Shown here in pieces: positions 58,020 to 64,000 of a stretch of DNA of 64,000 bases. The notes beneath the pieces were generated by a model that saw only the letters and a list, made by a program, of their open reading frames with translations, made no database searches and was not told where the DNA came from. Numbering within the stretch: position 1 is the stretch's first letter; each line of letters begins with the position of its first letter. The stretch comes from Thermoproteota archaeon. GTDB lineage: Archaea; Thermoproteota; Thermoprotei_A; Sulfolobales; Ignisphaeraceae. Both the position numbers and the translations under genes were made by a program. The DNA lies in NCBI GenBank assembly GCA_030550585.1, contig JAUQPB010000001.1, forward strand, positions 320,001 to 384,000, read 5' to 3'.

Positions 58020-58250
58020 GTGAGTGTTTTCAGCGTAAAGCTTAGGAGGGAGATCAAGGAGAAGATGGATAAGTACAGGGATCGGGTGAACTGGGCCGAG
58101 GAGGTGAGGAGGTTTATCGAGAGCAGGTTGAGAATGCTCGAGGCCGAGGAAAACATCAAGAATATAGTCAAGATACTTTCACAACTACCACTAGAGTCTC
58201 CCAGGGGGTCCTCGGTTGCTTCTGTGAGGGAGGACCGTGATAGTCATTGA
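58020..58250 (+). CDS. vapB: RHH antitoxin (VapB)
   Basis: VFSVKLRREIKEKM.....VNWAEEVRRFI...VREDRDSH; GTG start at 58020. Confidence 0.88.
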   Translation: MSVFSVKLRREIKEKMDKYRDRVNWAEEVRRFIESRLRMLEAEENIKNIVKILSQLPLESPRGSSVASVREDRDSH

Positions 58251-58644
58251 CGCATCCCTGCTAGTAGCCTTCATTCGCAAGGAGCCCGGCTGGAAAAAAC
58301 TTGCCGAGTACTTGAAGTTGTGCGTGACTATTGACTTAGCGTTGAAGGAGGTGTTGAATGCTGTGTGGAAAGATGTTGCAGTCAGGAAAACCATGGGCAT
58401 TGATATAGCGGCTCAGTTGATGGAAATACTGTTCTCAATGGTAGGAGTCAACATAGATGTTGAGCCCGAGATCAAGTATTTGCCGAAAGCGTTCGAAATA
58501 GCTCTTAAAACGGGTGTGACAGTGTATGACGCTTTATACATTGCACTAGCCATGGAGAGGAAGCTACCACTAGCTACAATAGACGAAAAACAAGCTAAAG
58601 CTGCTCAAGCACTTGGGGTAGAAACAATCATCCCCTCTACCTAG
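58237..58644 (+). CDS. vapC: VapC PIN-domain toxin
   Basis: VIDAS, KEV.NA, TVYDALYIALA, TID. Confidence 0.92.
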   Translation: MIVIDASLLVAFIRKEPGWKKLAEYLKLCVTIDLALKEVLNAVWKDVAVRKTMGIDIAAQLMEILFSMVGVNIDVEPEIKYLPKAFEIALKTGVTVYDALYIALAMERKLPLATIDEKQAKAAQALGVETIIPST

Positions 58645-58916
58645 TGCAGGCAACTCACATACAATGATGTTATTTAAACAGTGGCAGCAGAGCTCAGCAA
58701 CCAACCTTCTACTTACCTGCTGAACCGCGTAAACAAACCTTGGGTCTCAACCGTTAAACTTAACTACTTGCAAACGGTTTCACTGCACATCTAGTTTAGA
58801 CATTGAATAGAGCCTTTAGCGACATAATCTTTTAGGCTTTATGCGGGGTTTGCCTGTATTGTAACCCGTAGCTCTAGTGTTTTCTAAGCCCTGTTTCCAG
58901 TGATGTGAAGCTTGTT

Positions 58917-59756
58917 CTAAATCAGCAGTTTTATGTTGTCTGCATAGCTGTGCCTAATATCTCCTGGCTTGGGACCCTTGAAGACTATATCTAGTTCTCT
59001 GCCAACAACCCTCTTCACAGCCTCGGCCAACATCCTTATGGTTATTGGCCTGCCTGTGCCAACGTTGTACACCTCGTTGTCGAATGCGTCGCCCTCTATA
59101 ATCCTTAGTATAACCTGTGAGACGTCGTCGACGTATATGAAGTCTCTTGTCTGCCCCCCATCACCATATATAATTAGTGGTTCTCCCCTCAAAGCCCTCT
59201 CAAGAAAGCTTGCAACAACGCCTGCGTAGGAGGGGTTCTGCCCAGGGCCATAGACGTTGAACAGCCTCAGAATCACATATCTCAGGCCGTAGACAGTGTT
59301 GAGGTGGTTTACAATTAGCTCTCCAAGCCACTTGCTAAAGCCGTAGAGGGAGACCGGGTTTATGGGGTGGTCTTTTGGAACCGGAAGCCTAACAGAGTTT
59401 CCATAGACAGCCGCAGAACTCAAATAAACGAGTCTAGCACCATGCCTAGCACAGTTGTACGCCACTTTAGCAGTTCCAAGAGCATTGTTATCGAGGTACT
59501 CAACAGGCCTCTCAATAGACTCTGAGACGCTTACATAGGCAGCTGCATGGACAACAACATCAAAGTTCTTGTAACCATCAAAAAACCTTGCATCGACTTT
59601 CAGAATTGGGATGCCACGGCCTCTGAGCCTCTCCAAAGCAAAGCTTGTAGACCTCTCCAAACTATCCAAAACAACAACATCAAAGCCCCTCTCAGCTAGA
59701 TACAGAGCAAGGTTATGACCAACAAAACCAGCGCCACCAGTAACAAGCACCCTCAT
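58917..59756 (-). CDS. NAD-dependent epimerase/dehydratase (GalE-like), C-terminus probably truncated
   Basis: TGGAGFVG, SSAAVYG, YGFSK, FNVYGPGQ, GDGGQTRDF; ends just after DIRHSYAD. Confidence 0.85.
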   Translation of the reverse strand: MRVLVTGGAGFVGHNLALYLAERGFDVVVLDSLERSTSFALERLRGRGIPILKVDARFFDGYKNFDVVVHAAAYVSVSESIERPVEYLDNNALGTAKVAYNCARHGARLVYLSSAAVYGNSVRLPVPKDHPINPVSLYGFSKWLGELIVNHLNTVYGLRYVILRLFNVYGPGQNPSYAGVVASFLERALRGEPLIIYGDGGQTRDFIYVDDVSQVILRIIEGDAFDNEVYNVGTGRPITIRMLAEAVKRVVGRELDIVFKGPKPGDIRHSYADNIKLLI

Positions 59757-60124
59757 ATGCTACACACCTCGAACATATCTTTTGTCCGTATCCCAGTTGT
59801 TACCTGTAGATACGTTCTTGCGGATATGTGCTAACACGGCTTTAAAAGAGATCAGGATCTTTTTAACCTCAGACCTTGACAACTCCGAGGCGGTTATCGT
59901 GAATAATTCTGGCTATTTTTGTGAGATCGACTATTCGACAAAGTTGCTTAAAGATTTGAGTTTATTTCATTCTTGAGATGCTGAATACGGCTAGACCACC
60001 ACAATGGAAGTTTTGTTGATGTTGGTTTGAGGAGCCTAGACTTTGATAATTACGAGGTGATGGTGATGCTTCAACTGATGGTAGTTTTGAGTTGATAAAG
60101 GAGTTTAAATAGCCTCGAATGTTC

Positions 60125-60164
60125 TTACAACTGAGAAAGTCTTGCCTCTTTAGTGCGGGGTCAG
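60125..60164 (+). mobile_element. IS200/IS605-type mini-element, copy 4
   Basis: TTAC AACTGAG AAAG TCTTGCCTC TTTA GTGCGGGG TCAG. Confidence 0.7.
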
Positions 60165-60253
60165 AACCTCATTATTGGGTACCAATCAAGTAAAGCTTTA
60201 TGCATCTCTACATCGCTACTCGTTCTTGAAGGCATGTGAAACACCAAAATTCT

Positions 60254-61234
60254 TTAAGGTTCCACTACATCTATTGATTCTATCTTGTTGAACAAACCTC
60301 TGAACCAACCTTCTGCATATGGAATAACATTCACGCTCTTAAAATACACTATTTTTAGCATTGATAATTTGAGTGATACCCTATAAGCTTTTCCAACTCT
60401 ATTCAAAACAATATCATCGATTTCCCTAACTCCCCCCAGCATCTTTACCGTTTCAGTGCTTACCCCAACATGGAACAGTGCATCATCGATGCCTATTTCA
60501 CGGGGATTTCTCATCTTAGAGAGAAGCATTATTTCGAATCCAGCTTCATTACTAAAATTTTTGAAATAGCGGTTAGATCCCTTGATAAAGTAGAGAAGGG
60601 TGAACATTGGCGACAGTAATATGCCTCTTTTAATTCTGAAAATGAATAGCTGGGGTGGGGTATATCCTCTGGAATAATAGTAATCTAGATGCCCTTTTAC
60701 AATCCTTTTTACGTACTCTAGAAGTCCTTTAGCATATCTTTTCTCTCTTGCATGGAGTTTAAGCCCTGCGGGAGCATTTAGGCCTAGGGGTATGGGAAAA
60801 GATACTTTAAACCCTACTCTGACAAAGAAGTCTATATCCTCTCCCACCATAAGGTCTTTCCAGCCGCCCCTAGACAAGATATACTCTCTTCTTCCTACCA
60901 AGGTACCGTATGCGTAGACAGGGTCTATGTTTTCTGCGTACTCGATTATTCTATGGAAAGCGGCCAAGTATATTGTGTCTAGGTCGAAGTATGCAGTCAT
61001 AGAGCCTTCTGGACATTTATATAGAGCTATATGCCTCCCCAACCCCCTTGAAGATTTGTATCTATATAGAGTTAAATTGTACTCTTTCCTAAACTCCAGC
61101 AACTTCTCCCATGTCCCATCAGTCGAATAAGAGTCTACTACAACTATGTCGTATCTAGGGTTAAACACCGATTTAATGGATTCCTCAACATATTGGACAT
61201 TATTGAAAACAGTTCCATAGATGCATACTCTCAG
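60254..61234 (-). CDS. GT2 glycosyltransferase, apparent CTG start
   Basis: Frame extends 22 codons upstream of the track start (RVCIYGTVFNN...ESIKSV); VVDSYSTDGT, DLD, GED; GGTGA RBS before the CTG. Confidence 0.8.
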   Translation of the reverse strand: MRVCIYGTVFNNVQYVEESIKSVFNPRYDIVVVDSYSTDGTWEKLLEFRKEYNLTLYRYKSSRGLGRHIALYKCPEGSMTAYFDLDTIYLAAFHRIIEYAENIDPVYAYGTLVGRREYILSRGGWKDLMVGEDIDFFVRVGFKVSFPIPLGLNAPAGLKLHAREKRYAKGLLEYVKRIVKGHLDYYYSRGYTPPQLFIFRIKRGILLSPMFTLLYFIKGSNRYFKNFSNEAGFEIMLLSKMRNPREIGIDDALFHVGVSTETVKMLGGVREIDDIVLNRVGKAYRVSLKLSMLKIVYFKSVNVIPYAEGWFRGLFNKIESIDVVEP

Positions 61235-61287
61235 TCTCCATCACCTATCTTTGTATCAAGGCTCAGCCCGTTTATAAAACGATTTTG

Positions 61288-61919
61288 CTAGAAACAACTT
61301 TTGTAGCCAGAAGCATAACTCACTACAATACTCTCATTGCCATGTTTTGACATAGTTATCTTCCGATTTCTATACAGCTGTGAATTAAAGACCGTTGTGT
61401 TGGGGGAAGGGGAACCCGTTTTCTTTCTAATCTTCTCTTTACTGATCTCTAGGAGTTTTTCGATGAGCTTGGTCCTGGCTTTGACTGATTCTTGGCTAAG
61501 TCTAGCTTCATGGAACCCCTCAACATGTAGATAGTAGGCTGCGTCCCATGCGTAGAGAATGTCCTCACTAATCTTCTCAGCTAGTTTGCGGGCCGCCGAG
61601 TCTAGCAGCTTTAAGGTCCATCTACCCCTCGCTCTTGCTTCGCCAGCCTCTTCAAGTTCTGTGGCTAGGGATAAAGCCTTAATACACTCTTCAGCAACCT
61701 TATAGAGTTTTCAGATGCTTGAATAACATCTTCTTTATCGAGAAGTTCCCTGCCCCTCTCAAACATCTTCTCAGCGAGCTCTACATGAACACTAGCCTCC
61801 TCGTCGGGGTCCAACCCAAGCTCCATAATGAGAGAATCTGTTATGAAGAGCTCGACATCTATTCCCCTCTCCCTAGCCTTCTCATAGAGCTTCCTCAGCA
61901 CAATAATAGCTACCTCCAC
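61288..61919 (-). pseudogene. PaREP1-family protein with a single frameshift
   Basis: ...DVIQASE then shift to KLYKVAEECIKAL...GRWT...WDAAYYLHVEGFHE; one A missing in GAAAAC near 61710. Confidence 0.85.
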
Positions 61920-62023
61920 AGAGTTGCACCCAAAGGATAACTACCCCAATATGTCTATGTAGTACAGCCTCAAAAGTTTATGCTGATATCATGCCTAGTG
62001 AACACCAAATATCAACACTTGTA

Positions 62024-62060
62024 CTGACCTCCTCCATGCTCTGAAGGGCTAGACTTGTAA
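62024..62060 (-). mobile_element. IS200/IS605-type mini-element, copy 5
   Basis: TTAC AAGT CTAGCCC TTCA GAGCATGG AGGAGG TCAG. Confidence 0.65.
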
Positions 62061-62549
62061 AGATGTTTTGTATCCAGTGTCAAACCATCAAAAACGGTTT
62101 CCTATGTCTCATACACAGATCATTTGTGGTTGATGCGCTTACACAGGCTCAAACCCAAATAAGTGACCTGCAGCTGGATTGTGGAGGGGGTAATAAAAAG
62201 CTTCTAAAATCCATGTTTCCTACCATATATGAGGAGGTATAATAGGAGAGTAGCTATAGCAGCTAGGCCGATGAACATGGCTCGGGCACCGGAAATGGCA
62301 CGCTACCTCCCCGTGTTAGATCGTAGTATATTATCGACCCCGAGTAAACCATGAATGCATGACTTGAACCCTTAAGCAATATCTGAAGAGTGTTGGGATC
62401 AGCCCATACGATGACGGCATCTCCAAAGCCAGAGGCTGCTTCGCGAATTTCCTGACCGTTTGTCCTTAGAGGGCGGACTAAACCACTTTAAACTGTCACA
62501 ACCCCCCTTTGGAAGCAAACAGTTTTCATATATTTTCGCTGGGGTTGAC

Positions 62550-62608
62550 ATGTCTTTTGTGTCTAGACATAAAAAGGTTTATTAGCTATGTCTGTGCATA
62601 GTATGTCT
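62550..62608 (+). promoter_or_regulatory. BRE/TATA promoter with repeated ATGTCT/AGACAT boxes (candidate VapB operator)
   Basis: AAAAAGGTTTATTA flanked by ATGTCT x3 and inverted AGACAT, upstream of vapB. Confidence 0.45.
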
Positions 62609-62618
62609 GGCGAGGCCC

Positions 62619-62843
62619 GTGTCTGCCAAGATAACTGTTAGGATTCCTCTAGAGCTGAAGAGGCGCATGGAGAGGTTTTCTAGTGTTAATTGGAGTGATG
62701 TTGTTAGGAGAGCTATTGAGGAAAAGCTGAGGGAGCTCGAGGTCAGGGAGGCCATTGAGGCCATGGATGAGATAGCCTCAAAAGCTAGGTCTGTAAGGTC
62801 TTTGGCTGAGGTTATAAGAGAGTTTAGGGATAGAAGGAGATGA
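62619..62843 (+). CDS. vapB: RHH antitoxin (VapB)
   Basis: ITVRIPLELKRRM.....VNWSDVVRRAI...IREFRDRR. Confidence 0.9.
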   Translation: MSAKITVRIPLELKRRMERFSSVNWSDVVRRAIEEKLRELEVREAIEAMDEIASKARSVRSLAEVIREFRDRRR

Positions 62844-63268
62844 AGAACATTGTTCTAGATGCTAGCGCTGTTGTTAAGTGGTTTGTGAGGGAAGATGAAT
62901 TTGAGGAGATGAAGAGGGTCAGGGATTTAATCGTAGGCAGTAAGGTGAGGGCATATATCCCGGCACTACTATTTATAGAGGTTTCCAATGCTCTTAGATA
63001 CACCGAGGGCCTAACACCCGAAGACATTATTAAAGCCATTGGCGCTCTTCAAAAACTTGGACTAGAGGTTGTAAATGATTCCGAGTTGCTCGAGGACGCT
63101 ATTAGGATAGCCTTTGAGAAGGAGATCACAGTATACGACTCGATATATCTATCGCTGGCAAAGAGAGTGGGCGGAGTTGTTATAACATACGATAGGGAGA
63201 TGCTCAACAAGAGCGGGGGTATAGCCATGAAGGCAAGTGCCTTCCTAAAACAATTTGCAACAGCATAA
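62840..63268 (+). CDS. vapC: VapC PIN-domain toxin
   Basis: VLDASAVVKWF, EVSNAL, TVYDS.Y, TYD; ATGA overlap with vapB. Confidence 0.92.
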   Translation: MKNIVLDASAVVKWFVREDEFEEMKRVRDLIVGSKVRAYIPALLFIEVSNALRYTEGLTPEDIIKAIGALQKLGLEVVNDSELLEDAIRIAFEKEITVYDSIYLSLAKRVGGVVITYDREMLNKSGGIAMKASAFLKQFATA

Positions 63269-63442
63269 TATCACAAACCTTCTACCTGCCCATTAAAATG
63301 CCTCAAGATCCTTCAAGGTGCAAATCCCTTTATCTACATGTGTTAATGGGTTGTAGCTGTGGGGTTATATAATGGTTTGTGAAGAGAGCTAGCGAGAAAC
63401 ATATAAAACTTTGATACGGTATAGCAAAGTCTTGTTGGTGTT

Positions 63443-63798
63443 GTTGGGCATGTTAGGGTGCGTGCAAGGGTGTGAAATGTTGAGGAGCCGTCAAGGTGTA
63501 GAGAGGTGGAGCTCCTAGCCGATACAGGGCTATATACACAGTACTGCCCACAAATCTTCTGATGGAGCTTGGTGTAAAGCCTGTTGGGAAGAGGAGGTTT
63601 AGGCTGGCAAACAACCAGGTTATTGAGCGTGACATCGACATCGTTGGCATATAGATACAGGGAATGAAAACCCATACAATAGCAGTTTTCGGAAACGAAA
63701 ACATCTACCTACTCGGCATAGTAACCCTTGAGGAACTGGGTCTAGAGATAGACCTTGTGAAAGGCGGGCTCAGACCCATGGAACCCCTACTAATGTAG
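63443..63798 (+). pseudogene. clan AA (retropepsin-like) aspartyl protease, disrupted
   Basis: GHVRVRARV*...ELLADTG, shift, IYTVLP...LLGIVTLEELGLEID; two stops and a frameshift. Confidence 0.8.
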
Positions 63799-64000
63799 AG
63801 ACAAAACAACTACTAGATAGGCTCTTCGCAAAACACCACGCCAGCGCAACCATTACCTGCACTATACCTAAACCAAACTCACACACATTTTAAAGCTTAC
63901 AACTACATCACATCATATGCTATTAAGTTTGTGTGGGCTAGGGTTGTCGAAGGCAATAGAATTGGTTGTAGAGATTCACGGTATTGCCCTTAGTATTATG

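Noticed and set aside
49868-62060. Reading the dispersed hairpins as integron attC sites or CRISPR repeats
   Set aside because: No RYYYAAC/GTTRRRY boxes, mixed orientation, kb-scale irregular spacing, no integrase or cas genes; the TTAC/AAAG/TCA(A/G) pattern fits IS200/IS605 better
62200-62520. GC-richer spacer as a tRNA or TnpB omega-RNA
   Set aside because: No cloverleaf and no tnpB remnant recognised; only a weak mini-element-like motif near 62452
507-63704. Numerous antisense or overlapping ORFs in the track (e.g. 640-1002, 17641-18102, 29472-30185, 31418-31972, 42866-43186, 55037-55309, 63343-63704)
   Set aside because: They shadow well-supported genes or pseudogenes on the other strand and have no motifs

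Overview
The window comes from an AT-rich hyperthermophilic crenarchaeon. Reverse gyrase, r-proteins S25e and S26e, the archaeal modified mevalonate genes and C/D box sRNAs suggest Desulfurococcales (Ignisphaera-like, by inference). Bases 1-42 kb are mostly housekeeping: IleRS, ProRS, a methanogen-type (type 2) SerRS, [NiFe]-hydrogenase maturation genes, two MoeA and one MoeB, proteasome beta, EndoV, EndoIII, phosphomevalonate dehydratase with a UbiD decarboxylase, Clp1 kinase, TrmI and reverse gyrase. About six unannotated C/D box guide sRNAs lie between or overlap these genes. Bases 43.4-49.8 kb hold an 8-gene Mrp/Mnh (Mbh-like) antiporter module. Bases 49.8-64 kb are an eroding accessory island with four intact vapBC pairs, decayed TA/PaREP1/aspartyl-protease genes and surface-glycosylation relics. 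The island is punctuated by at least five ~40-bp single-hairpin IS200/IS605-type mini-elements (TTAC...hairpin...TCAG/TCAA). Top leads: these mini-elements; a co-oriented C/D sRNA + YqgF-like nuclease + Clp1 RNA kinase unit; an OPT + MacB/FtsX-type ABC operon; a triad-less nitrilase-fold gene overlapping reverse gyrase; and the type 2 SerRS. No tRNA, rRNA or CRISPR array was seen. All family calls are from motif recognition by eye; no searches were run.
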